This document shows, one piece after another, positions 9,903-18,773 of a DNA stretch of 64,000 nt. The notes below the pieces were generated by a model that saw only the letters and a program-made list of their open reading frames with translations, did not search any database and was not told the origin of the DNA. The first letter of the stretch is position 1; every line of letters begins with the position of its first letter. The stretch is taken from the NCBI GenBank assembly GCA_050015675.1, contig JBEKAY010000014.1:5604-69603 (forward strand). Reading direction: 5' to 3'. The translations under genes and the position numbers were made by a program. Source of the DNA: Bacteroidota bacterium. GTDB lineage: Bacteria > Bacteroidota > Ignavibacteria > UBA10030.

Positions 9903-10829
9903 ATGATTAATGTATCAAATCTAAGAAAAACATTCGATACCATTCACGCGTTGAAAGGTATTTCGTTCAACATTCAACAAGGTGAATGTTATGGACTTTT
10001 AGGTCCCAATGGTGCAGGAAAAACAACTACGATCTCCATCATGAGTACCATAGTAGAACCAAATGAAGGAGAGGTAAGTATTGCCGGATATGCTTTGAAA
10101 AAGAATCCGTTGGAATGTAAGAAGAACATTGGCGTTGTTACACAGGAAATAGCACTTTATAATGAGCTCTCGGCTTATGATAACCTACTGTTTTGGGGAG
10201 GCTTATATAATGTTCCGAAACTAGAATTAATAGCACGTATTGATGAAATAGTAAACCTGCTCGGACTGACCGACAGGAAGAATGACAAGGTAAAAACCTA
10301 TTCCGGTGGAATGAAACGCAGAATTAATATCGCTTCTGCATTACTTCATAGACCTAAAGTCCTATTTATGGATGAACCCACTGTTGGAATTGACCCTCAG
10401 AGCCGGAATTTGATTTTTGAAGTGGTGGAAAAGCTGCATAAAAATGGAATGACAATTGTTTATACCACTCATTATATGGAAGAAGCTGAGCGTTTGTGCG
10501 ATCGTGTCGGAATTATTGACAACGGAGAAATCATTGCGCAGGGAACATTGGATGAATTAAGGACATCGGGTTCGATGAAAGAAACCGTTGTAATTTCTTT
10601 TACTAATCTTTCGGATGAGCGCTTCAATGTAATCGCAAATGATTGGAAAGATCTCCAACGTTTCGATGATGCAATCCATTTTTATTCCATGAATATTCAG
10701 GTTGATTTATCGAGAATAATATTAAAGTGCAATGAGTTCGGTCTTGACATCAGGCATATTGATATCCGAAAAATAAACCTTGAAACTATATTCTTAAGTT
10801 TAACCGGTAAACAACTGAGAGACAAATGA
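9903..10829 (+). CDS. ABC transporter ATP-binding protein (ABC-2 exporter type)
   Basis: Walker A GPNGAGKTT, signature YSGGMKRR, Walker B LFMDEPTVGID. There is a 4-nt overlap with the permease gene. Confidence 0.9.
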   Translation: MINVSNLRKTFDTIHALKGISFNIQQGECYGLLGPNGAGKTTTISIMSTIVEPNEGEVSIAGYALKKNPLECKKNIGVVTQEIALYNELSAYDNLLFWGGLYNVPKLELIARIDEIVNLLGLTDRKNDKVKTYSGGMKRRINIASALLHRPKVLFMDEPTVGIDPQSRNLIFEVVEKLHKNGMTIVYTTHYMEEAERLCDRVGIIDNGEIIAQGTLDELRTSGSMKETVVISFTNLSDERFNVIANDWKDLQRFDDAIHFYSMNIQVDLSRIILKCNEFGLDIRHIDIRKINLETIFLSLTGKQLRDK

Positions 10830-11581
10830 TAAAACTGGTAAAGAAAGATTTGAAATTATTCTTCAGTAATAAGCGCGACATGTTGCTGACTTTTGCAATA
10901 CCTATTATAATTAGTACCCTATTTGCCCTTGTTTTTGGTAAAATTGGCAACTCCCACGGAGATGATTCACTAGGGCTGATCCAATCAGTGGCAGGTACTG
11001 CAATTTTAATGCTTTTGTTTTCAGTTGCAGAGATAGGCGGAAGTCTTTTGGATGAAAAGCAGGAAGGTATGTTAAAGAAATTATTGTGCTCACCGCTGCG
11101 ATCTAACCATATCCTCTATGGCAAAATGGTATTTGCAAATATCATTTCCATTGCTCAGCTGTCAATCATGTTTGTTTACGCTAAGCTGGCTTTTGGCTTG
11201 GATATTATGCATCATCTTCCTGCTCTTGTGCTCATGATTTTTGTAACAGCATATGCCTGTTCCAGCTTTGGGATATTTCTTGCATCATTTGCCACATCAC
11301 ACCAACAGGTTCAGAAGGTTTCTACGCTCATTGTCCTTATCATGAGTGCCATTGGAGGCAGTATGATCCCTGTATTTATAATGCCGGAATTTATGCAAAA
11401 GATTGCTGTCATTTCGGTTAATTATTGGGGGGTTCAGGGTTTTTATGACATCTTCTGGAGGCTTCTTCCATTGACAGATATTACATTTTTATCAAGAATT
11501 ATTGTTTTAATTGGCATTGGAACTTTTTTGAATTTCATTGCTCTTCAGATGTTCAAGAAAAATATTTTAAAAATTGTTTAA
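10826..11581 (+). CDS. ABC-2 family permease
   Basis: Six predicted hydrophobic helices, translationally coupled to the ATPase gene. Confidence 0.8.
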   Translation: MIKLVKKDLKLFFSNKRDMLLTFAIPIIISTLFALVFGKIGNSHGDDSLGLIQSVAGTAILMLLFSVAEIGGSLLDEKQEGMLKKLLCSPLRSNHILYGKMVFANIISIAQLSIMFVYAKLAFGLDIMHHLPALVLMIFVTAYACSSFGIFLASFATSHQQVQKVSTLIVLIMSAIGGSMIPVFIMPEFMQKIAVISVNYWGVQGFYDIFWRLLPLTDITFLSRIIVLIGIGTFLNFIALQMFKKNILKIV

Positions 11582-11610
11582 ATGGCAAATGTGAACATTC
11601 TTATTTCTAA

Positions 11611-11996
11611 AGCAGCGGGGGTCCCGCTTGGGAAACAGCGGGATTTCGTTCCGTCAACTTACGTTGTCGGAACTCAAGAGGAAAAGAATATTCCGTGGCA
11701 CTCACAAAACACAAAATCCCCATAAAGGGGATTTTGATTTTGTAGCGGGGGAGCGCCACACCACGCAGGGAAAGATTCAGCTTCCTGCTTTTCCGCTTGA
11801 AATAAGCACTTCTAATTGGGAAGAGTCTTCATTTTCATTTAAAAACAAGTCCCGCCATCCTTTTCGGCTTATAGAATTGCCAAATAATAGTATTCAATCG
11901 TCTGCCGGGATCTCCCTAATTACTGAAATATATTTAGACTGACAATGGAGGACAGATTATGGTTCTCACTATCCTTCATCCAATATTTTGTTATTT
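11611..11996 (+). repeat. Copy B of the ~400-nt repeated unit (leader of the nuclease gene)
   Basis: See copy A. It includes the hairpin TCCCGCT-N8-AGCGGGA and a terminator-like hairpin ATCCCC-ATAA-AGGGGAT followed by TTTTGATTTT. It ends in the RBS GGAGGAC and the start of the 11959 CDS. Confidence 0.7.
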
Positions 11997-12882
11997 TTGG
12001 TCATTATTATATCTCTTGTTCATTATTGATATTCAATTACCATTGAAAACCTTCATCCATTCAATATCGCTAGTTCTGATAGCAGTATTCATCTTTGGTT
12101 GTCCTTCCAAGCATGAGGTACCAATTACAGTATCTCTCGTATCTACATCAAGGAGTGAGCACCTAGTCATGGGTAATCCAAGTGGTGCGGTCGACAGTGT
12201 TTCATACTCAAATAACTATCTGATGGAAAAGCCTCAATATGTTATCTCGTACAGTAGAGACCGTGGAATCCCGAATTGGGTGGCCTGGCACTTGGATAAT
12301 ACCTGGCTTGGCAATGTTCCACGAAAGGATACATTCCGTCCTGACAGCACATTGCCGGAGAATTGGTATCATGTGAGAAAAACAAGCTACAATAGAAGTG
12401 GTTACGCCCGGGGGCATCATTGTCCCTCTGCAGATCGAACGAATACGGTCGAGGATAACTCAGCTACCTTTCTTATGACCAATATGATGCCTCAAGCAGC
12501 AAACAATAATTCCGGACCGTGGGAAAAGCTTGAAAAGTATTGTCGTAATCTCGTCAAGCAAGGTAAAGAATTATACATATATGCCGGAGGATATGGCTCT
12601 CAAGGTACTATCGATTATGGCCATGTTACAGTTCCATTGCATACCTGGAAAGTTATTTTGGTATTAGATAATGGTGATAATGATTTAAGCCGAGTTACAA
12701 CAACAACTCGTCTTATCGGTGTTGATATGCCAAATAGTAATGATCAAATCAGCAGGACAGACGATTGGAAATCCTATAGAATCTGTGTCGATAGCATTGA
12801 GGCTCGTACCGGTTTTAATTTCTTTTCAAATGTCCCAGATTCTGTTCAAGCAGTAATTGAAAGCGTTATTGATAGTCTCTGA
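11959..12882 (+). CDS. Membrane-anchored/secreted DNA/RNA non-specific endonuclease (Serratia NucA / Endonuclease_NS family)
   Basis: N-terminal hydrophobic anchor. Beta-beta-alpha-Me active site GYARGHHCPSADR, plus TNMMPQAANNNSGPW carrying the metal-binding Asn. Confidence 0.85.
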   Translation: MVLTILHPIFCYFWSLLYLLFIIDIQLPLKTFIHSISLVLIAVFIFGCPSKHEVPITVSLVSTSRSEHLVMGNPSGAVDSVSYSNNYLMEKPQYVISYSRDRGIPNWVAWHLDNTWLGNVPRKDTFRPDSTLPENWYHVRKTSYNRSGYARGHHCPSADRTNTVEDNSATFLMTNMMPQAANNNSGPWEKLEKYCRNLVKQGKELYIYAGGYGSQGTIDYGHVTVPLHTWKVILVLDNGDNDLSRVTTTTRLIGVDMPNSNDQISRTDDWKSYRICVDSIEARTGFNFFSNVPDSVQAVIESVIDSL

Positions 12883-12968
12883 GAATAAGAGAATTGCTGA
12901 CGAATTCAGAAAATGTAGTCTAAGGGAGGTTTGTTTTTAATTTATCCAAACATAGGGAGGGGCTATTT

Positions 12969-13451
12969 ATGAAAATACTTAAATATTTATTTCTTACATC
13001 CGCTGCCATTTTCATTTTATTGCAGCTTATCTACTATCCTCAAATGCCGGATAATGTCGCGATTCATTTCAATGCGCGAGGAGAAGTTAACGGCTGGATA
13101 CCTAAAAGTTTAAATCTTATGCTGAGTTATTTAATCATCTTTATTATCACCTTGTCATTCGGTGGTGTACCATATATTCTAAGAAACATTTCACCAGATA
13201 TGATTAATGTTCCAAAGAAAGAATATTGGCTTAGTGGTAACAACAAAGATAAATTGATTTCGATTCTATCGAGTCACATGTATTTCATCGGTTTAGTGAC
13301 AAATCTTTTTTTGATCGTTATATTTCATCAATTATATGAATTCAATATTCGAGCTGTTGATAAGGTATCCGTTGTTATTATGATCCCATATGGTGTTTTT
13401 CTTTTGGGTTCGATCGTCCATTTATTTGTTCGATTAAATAAACGTACTTGA
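12969..13451 (+). CDS. DUF1648/SdpI-like small membrane protein
   Basis: Four hydrophobic helices. N-terminal YPQMPDNVAIHFNARGEVNGW matches the DUF1648 pattern from memory. RBS GGGAGGGG. Confidence 0.45.
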   Translation: MKILKYLFLTSAAIFILLQLIYYPQMPDNVAIHFNARGEVNGWIPKSLNLMLSYLIIFIITLSFGGVPYILRNISPDMINVPKKEYWLSGNNKDKLISILSSHMYFIGLVTNLFLIVIFHQLYEFNIRAVDKVSVVIMIPYGVFLLGSIVHLFVRLNKRT

Positions 13452-13562
13452 GTAAATAATTCCGATTTCATAAACACTATTAGTATGAATTTGATCTATT
13501 ATGGCACTTATTTTAGAGACGTATTGACAAATACCTAAACGTTACTTACCATATTCCCAATG

Positions 13563-13632
13563 CCGTCTCCCCGACGGCAATAGTTAGCCTCCCTTAGCCC
13601 TGGCGTCTGGTAGTGCGTCAGGGCTATTATTA
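13563..13632 (+). repeat. Structured ~70-nt element, copy 1 (left bracket of the 13.6-24.1 kb block)
   Basis: CCGTC-TCCCC-GACGG hairpin, then TAGTTAGCCTCCCT, then hairpin AGCCCTGGCG-N-CGTCAGGGCT, then ATTATT. Nearly identical to 24116-24186. Confidence 0.75.
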
Positions 13633-14015
13633 TTCAAAAAAAGCATTTTGATGGATCATCAAATTCCTGCATATATCTCATTAAATAACTCCTCTTCCTT
13701 AAAACAAGAAATTCCTTATTTTAAGGAGTTAACAGACAGAGTTAAAATAAATCACATTATTCCAGGAAACAGGAAATGGAAGATACTGTTAGAATATCTC
13801 GTCAGAAACTTTACGATCAGGTCTATTCGATAATTTGATTTTGCATATTACATAGCATAAATTGAAACATATTATTAAGATAATAGTAGCTATCAATGAT
13901 AATTTTATAAGCGTTAGAAAGAGTAACAAATAATTCTATTACTTTGCAATATTTTCGTTTTTATAGTTATCACTAAAATTATCTATTAACAAATAACTCA
14001 AAAAGTGAGGGAATT

Positions 14016-14651
14016 ATGAAGATATATTTTATTAGACATACTGAAGCCGATGATGATAGAAGAGATAGCTTCGGTGGCATTGCAGACGATCCCTTAATAG
14101 AAAGTGGAGAAATCTATGCAAAAAAAGTTGGTAAAGCGTTGGTTAATAAAAGAATCAATATAATTTATTCGAGTCCGTATATACGCGCCAAGAAAACAGC
14201 TGAACTTATTAATGAATCTCTAAATATTAAAATCGTTGAGATTTATAATCTTAGGGAAAGAAATTCTTACGGGGTGTTAAGTGGTATAGAAAAAGTAAAA
14301 GCAAAAGAATTATTCCCTTCAATAATGCTTCGCATAGATCAAATGAAAAGAAAGGGATTGAAACCATCGAACTCTATAGAGACTCTTCCTGGCGCTGAAA
14401 TATATTTAGATTTGTTACTAAGAGTTAAAGATGCTATTGAACAAATTCTACGAGAGTGCGATAATTTAAAGTTTAACAATATAGTGATCGTGACGCATGG
14501 TGGGATTGCGTCAGCTTTTTTTAACGATCTTCTTAATATTCCTATAGAGCTTGAAAAGGGTGAAATTATTGTTTTAGAGGGTGATTCATTAAATGAATTA
14601 AAGATAAATGAGAAAGAAACAAAAGATATCAAGAAAGAGTTGGTTTCATAG
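14016..14651 (+). CDS. Histidine phosphatase superfamily (phosphoglycerate mutase-like) protein
   Basis: N-terminal IRHTEAD (RHG-type motif) and a second catalytic His in IVTHGGI. Confidence 0.8.
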   Translation: MKIYFIRHTEADDDRRDSFGGIADDPLIESGEIYAKKVGKALVNKRINIIYSSPYIRAKKTAELINESLNIKIVEIYNLRERNSYGVLSGIEKVKAKELFPSIMLRIDQMKRKGLKPSNSIETLPGAEIYLDLLLRVKDAIEQILRECDNLKFNNIVIVTHGGIASAFFNDLLNIPIELEKGEIIVLEGDSLNELKINEKETKDIKKELVS

Positions 14652-14768
14652 TAATTATTTCAATTTGTTTGAAAAATAAAAGAATTTGGAACTAAATTAT
14701 TATATTTATTTTATAAGAAAACTTTTCCTCTGTCTTCCCTTATTAAGTTTTCCGAAAAAAGAACATTA

Positions 14769-17700
14769 TTGATGAATGGAAACTTGTTTATGAAGCATAA
14801 TGTTAAAACTCAAATCATAAATACTAGAAGAATAAGTAGAAATCAGCAGGTAGATACTCCTTGCATTGTTTTTCTTACTGATTTTTGGGGAAGACAAAAT
14901 GGTGGAATCAACTCTTTCAATATTGACCTATGTAAATCCGTAGCAAAAATTGTTCCTCTTCCATACAAGATTATTTGTATTGTCACAGAAGCCGACCAGA
15001 GTGCCATAAATGATGCGCGAAAGGCCGGAGTTCTTCTTATCCCAGTCAATATTAGTAGTCATAAATTAGAAATTGATTATGCAGATAAAGTATTGCGTGT
15101 ATTACGGAATAATTCAGTTAATCATGTAGAGTGGTGGATAGGACATGATACAATATCAGGAAAGATAGCACTAAAATTACAAGAATTGCATAAAGATGGA
15201 AAGTCAAAAGTCTCTATTATCCATCATATGGATTACGAAGCCTATAAAATATTTCAAAATGAAAAATCAGAAGTTGTATTTAAACGACATATAAATCAAG
15301 AACATTTGTTCTCAGGGGCAGATAAAGTATTTGCTGTAGGACCGTATTTAGAAGATTCGGCAAAAGATTTATGTGGCAAAGATGTTACTTGCTTAATACC
15401 AGGATTAACAGAAGATGTCAAAGGAAAACCTACTCCAAATGTCTTCAAGGCTATCACTTTTGGAAGATTGGAAAAAAAAGGCGATAAAGTCAAACAACCA
15501 TTGCTTGCGATAAAAGCATTAGGAGTTGCCCATAGGACATATACAAATACAATAGATAATCCTATTCCAATTAAGATGTTGCTTATTGGAGTAGATAAAA
15601 ATTCAAAAAGAATAGAAGAATTGCAGAAAATTGGGAGAGAATTTGCTGAACGAGAAATACCAATTATTGCTATTCCTTATTTGAATGATCGAGGGCAATT
15701 GCTAAATGAACTAAGTAAGTGTAATGTCTGTATGATGTTATCTCTTCATGAAGGTTTTGGGTTGGTCGGTTGGGAATCCATTGCAGCTGAAGTTCCTGTT
15801 ATAATATCACGTAATAGTGGCCTGTACAAATTTTTGTATCAATTAGGTGGTATGGCTCTAGGGTGTATTCATCATGTTGATATTACGGGTATTGAGAGCA
15901 AAGATATTAAGAGTGTCTCAGAATCTCTGTTACGAGTCTTTACTAATCCGAGCAAAAGTAAAAATGATATTCAACAACTTAAAAATTTACTATTACAAAA
16001 AGGTTATACTTGGGACGGTACGGCGCAGGTATTTCTTGATTCTCTCGGAATTCCGGTAAAATTAAAAATTAATAAATCTCCCTATAAATTCCTTAGTTCC
16101 TATGAAGAAAGTGATCAATCCATTTTCTTTGGTAGAGGGAAAGAGATCAATGATTTCTGGCATCAAATCCAAGGTAGCAATTTGATGTTACTCTTTGGGA
16201 AATCCGGCGTTGGCAAAACATCGTTTCTCCGCGCTGGAATTATTCCAAAGTTATATGAAGAAAATTTCGAACCAATTTATATCAAATGTAATAATCACCC
16301 TCTTAGAGCAATTTGGGAAAAATCATATGAACTCGTGCAGAGGTATCACAAAAAAATAGCGACTAAAATTATTTCAGATAATTTAAATAGCGACAGACTA
16401 ATTGATTTTTTGGGTGAACTTAATGCTAAATCAAATAAAACCATTGTAATAATTGTTGATCAATTTGAGGAATTTTTTATCCTTCCTGATGAAAGGACGA
16501 GGAGAGATTTTATCCAATTTTTGACCAAGCTATCAGAAAATAATGATATTGGAATCAAGATTATCCTATCGTTCCGAGAAGATTTTTTTGTAGAAATGCA
16601 TGATATCGGGAAAAGCATTAATTCCATATTTAATTTTAGGTTTCGATTAAAGGAATTGTCTATTGAAAAAGCTAAAGAGTCGATTCTTGGTCCCCTTAAA
16701 TATTCTCATTTATCTATTGAGGAGGGTCTAATAGATACTATTGTAAACAGTCTTTCTAAGAAAAAATTGATTGAACCAACTCAATTACAGATTGTTTGTT
16801 TTACTCTATATAATCGAATGAGCGGAAGTGTAAACGAGATTAGAATTGAGGATTACGAAGATTTAGGTGGTGTTAAGGGTATATTAACTGATTATGTTGA
16901 CTATGCTCTTGAACCTTTTGATAGTTCTCAAAATGAAATAGCAAAAGAAATAATGAAGTCGATGGTTTCATCAAGAAATACAAAGGTGCCATTATCTAGG
17001 GCGGAAATCAATGAATTAAAATATTCTTCTAATTGCATAAAATACTCCGAAGTAAATAATATTCTGAACGAATTAGTAGATCGTCGATTAGCAACTAGAA
17101 CCGTTGATTCAGGTAATGAAATCTTTGAATTGACTCATGAATATTTGATAAATAGGATAAAAGATTGGATCGATGCTGAACAGTACAAAATAAAAGAGGC
17201 TCAGGATATATTAAGACAAGAAGAAAATAATTGGAAAAATCACAAAACGCTTATGGCGTTAACGATTTTTAGATATGTAAATAATTATAAAGATAAACTT
17301 ATCCTCGATAGTTATAAAAAGGGATTATTATTACGTACGGCGATCGAATATGACCTAGATTTAGATTATTGGGTTAAATTAAACGATGGTAATTTAAAAT
17401 GTCTTGAATTTATTTTTGATGCTTTGAATTCAAAAAATAATAACGTGATACGAATTGCCTGTATTATATTGCTTCAGTTTGATCTTGAAATAAAAGATGT
17501 CAACCGAGTGCTAGATATTATTGAGGAAATTGGCAATCCGAATGTATTGCACAGAATAAGAGAAATTAACCGTACGAATAATAGAATTGGTGAGAGCCTT
17601 ATTGTTAGAGTAAAAAATAGAATCGAAAAAAGACAATTAAAGAATATGGTGAAAGTAGAAGGTGGAAAATTCTTAATGGGGAGAGATAAGATAGAAATTG

Positions 17701-18299
17701 ATAAAATAATTGGTCAGGGCGTGCCGTCTAAATGGTTTGTGAATGAATATCCAAAACGAGAATTATTCGTAGGCTCTTTTCTTATCGATAGATATCTTGT
17801 TACAAATCTTGAATATCAGGAATTTAATACAAGCCATATATATCCAGAAGGAGATGAAAAAAAACCAGCAACAAATGTTAGCTGGGTTGATGCAAAAAAA
17901 TATGCTGAATGGCTCAATAAGGATTTACCGACTGAAGAAGAATGGGAAAAAGCTGCTCGAGGGATAGATGGAAGATTATTTCCATGGGGAAATAAATGGG
18001 ATCCAAAGAAATGTAACACTAGACTTTCAGGAATTGGTGGAAAAACAGATATTGATAAGTATCCAGATGGTCAAAGTCCTTATGGCTGTTATGATATGGC
18101 CGGTAATGTGTGGGAGTGGACCAAAACTTTTAAGGAAGATAATGATACGGCCATAGTTAAGGGTGGCTCTTGGAGTAAATTCGGTATTCTGCCTTGGTGT
18201 TCTTATCGTTTCGATTATGAAGTTAGAGAAGGACAACAGAATGTAGGATTTAGGTGTGTTTTACGAATGCCTACCATCACAAAAAGGGAAAAGAAGTAA
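14769..18299 (+). CDS. Three-module fusion: GT4 glycosyltransferase, STAND-type P-loop NTPase and FGE/SUMF1 domain
   Basis: GT-B E-x7-E motif EGFGLVGWE. The nSTAND-like entry PYKFLSSYEESDQSIFFGRGKE...LLFGKSGVGKTSFLRAGIIP carries Walker A, with Walker B in IVIIVDQFEE. C-terminal FGE motifs: NVSWVDAKKYAEWLNKDLPTEEEWEKAARG, GCYDMAGNVWEWT and KGGSW. Confidence 0.8.
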   Translation: MMNGNLFMKHNVKTQIINTRRISRNQQVDTPCIVFLTDFWGRQNGGINSFNIDLCKSVAKIVPLPYKIICIVTEADQSAINDARKAGVLLIPVNISSHKLEIDYADKVLRVLRNNSVNHVEWWIGHDTISGKIALKLQELHKDGKSKVSIIHHMDYEAYKIFQNEKSEVVFKRHINQEHLFSGADKVFAVGPYLEDSAKDLCGKDVTCLIPGLTEDVKGKPTPNVFKAITFGRLEKKGDKVKQPLLAIKALGVAHRTYTNTIDNPIPIKMLLIGVDKNSKRIEELQKIGREFAEREIPIIAIPYLNDRGQLLNELSKCNVCMMLSLHEGFGLVGWESIAAEVPVIISRNSGLYKFLYQLGGMALGCIHHVDITGIESKDIKSVSESLLRVFTNPSKSKNDIQQLKNLLLQKGYTWDGTAQVFLDSLGIPVKLKINKSPYKFLSSYEESDQSIFFGRGKEINDFWHQIQGSNLMLLFGKSGVGKTSFLRAGIIPKLYEENFEPIYIKCNNHPLRAIWEKSYELVQRYHKKIATKIISDNLNSDRLIDFLGELNAKSNKTIVIIVDQFEEFFILPDERTRRDFIQFLTKLSENNDIGIKIILSFREDFFVEMHDIGKSINSIFNFRFRLKELSIEKAKESILGPLKYSHLSIEEGLIDTIVNSLSKKKLIEPTQLQIVCFTLYNRMSGSVNEIRIEDYEDLGGVKGILTDYVDYALEPFDSSQNEIAKEIMKSMVSSRNTKVPLSRAEINELKYSSNCIKYSEVNNILNELVDRRLATRTVDSGNEIFELTHEYLINRIKDWIDAEQYKIKEAQDILRQEENNWKNHKTLMALTIFRYVNNYKDKLILDSYKKGLLLRTAIEYDLDLDYWVKLNDGNLKCLEFIFDALNSKNNNVIRIACIILLQFDLEIKDVNRVLDIIEEIGNPNVLHRIREINRTNNRIGESLIVRVKNRIEKRQLKNMVKVEGGKFLMGRDKIEIDKIIGQGVPSKWFVNEYPKRELFVGSFLIDRYLVTNLEYQEFNTSHIYPEGDEKKPATNVSWVDAKKYAEWLNKDLPTEEEWEKAARGIDGRLFPWGNKWDPKKCNTRLSGIGGKTDIDKYPDGQSPYGCYDMAGNVWEWTKTFKEDNDTAIVKGGSWSKFGILPWCSYRFDYEVREGQQNVGFRCVLRMPTITKREKK

Positions 18300-18312
18300 T
18301 TAACAAGTTCAT

Positions 18313-18762
18313 ATGCGTCAAATGACAACGACATCAGCGGGTGGCATAATCCTGCGACATGAATCAGATATATATTATGTGGTAGTAGTAGAATTAGTAA
18401 ACAATGTTGAGAAGAAATGGGCGCCAATCCTGCGTCAACTTCCTAAGGGACGATGTGAAAAAGGTGAAACGTTTGAAGAAACCGCTTTGAGAGAAGTATT
18501 TGAGGAAACTGGCTATAAAACAAAAATTATTTCAAAAGCCGGAGAAGCAAAATGGTCTTATTATAGAGAAGATGTTTTTTGGGAGGAAACTGTGCATTAT
18601 TTTTTTATGACCCCACTTTCACTTTCAGCTGAACAGCATGATCGAGAATTTGACTATGTCCAATGGATGCCTATAGAAGAGGTTTGCGAAAAGTTATCTT
18701 ATCCAGAAGAACGCCAATTGATAAATCACATCTTTAACCATAACTCACACAAATTTGTTTAG
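18313..18762 (+). CDS. NUDIX hydrolase
   Basis: Complete Nudix box GRCEKGETFEETALREVFEETGY (G-x5-E-x7-REUXEEXGU). Confidence 0.85.
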   Translation: MRQMTTTSAGGIILRHESDIYYVVVVELVNNVEKKWAPILRQLPKGRCEKGETFEETALREVFEETGYKTKIISKAGEAKWSYYREDVFWEETVHYFFMTPLSLSAEQHDREFDYVQWMPIEEVCEKLSYPEERQLINHIFNHNSHKFV

Positions 18763-18773
18763 GTTTAGGAGTT

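Noticed and set aside
11628-11942. 104-aa ORF upstream of the nuclease gene
   Set aside because: It lies entirely inside the repeated structured leader. The paralogous copy at 5131-5565 does not keep the ORF, so conservation is at the nucleotide or structure level.
13648-13833. 61-aa ORF in the AT-rich spacer before the histidine phosphatase gene
   Set aside because: It has low-complexity AT-rich sequence, no RBS and no recognisable motif. The region is more likely promoter or spacer.
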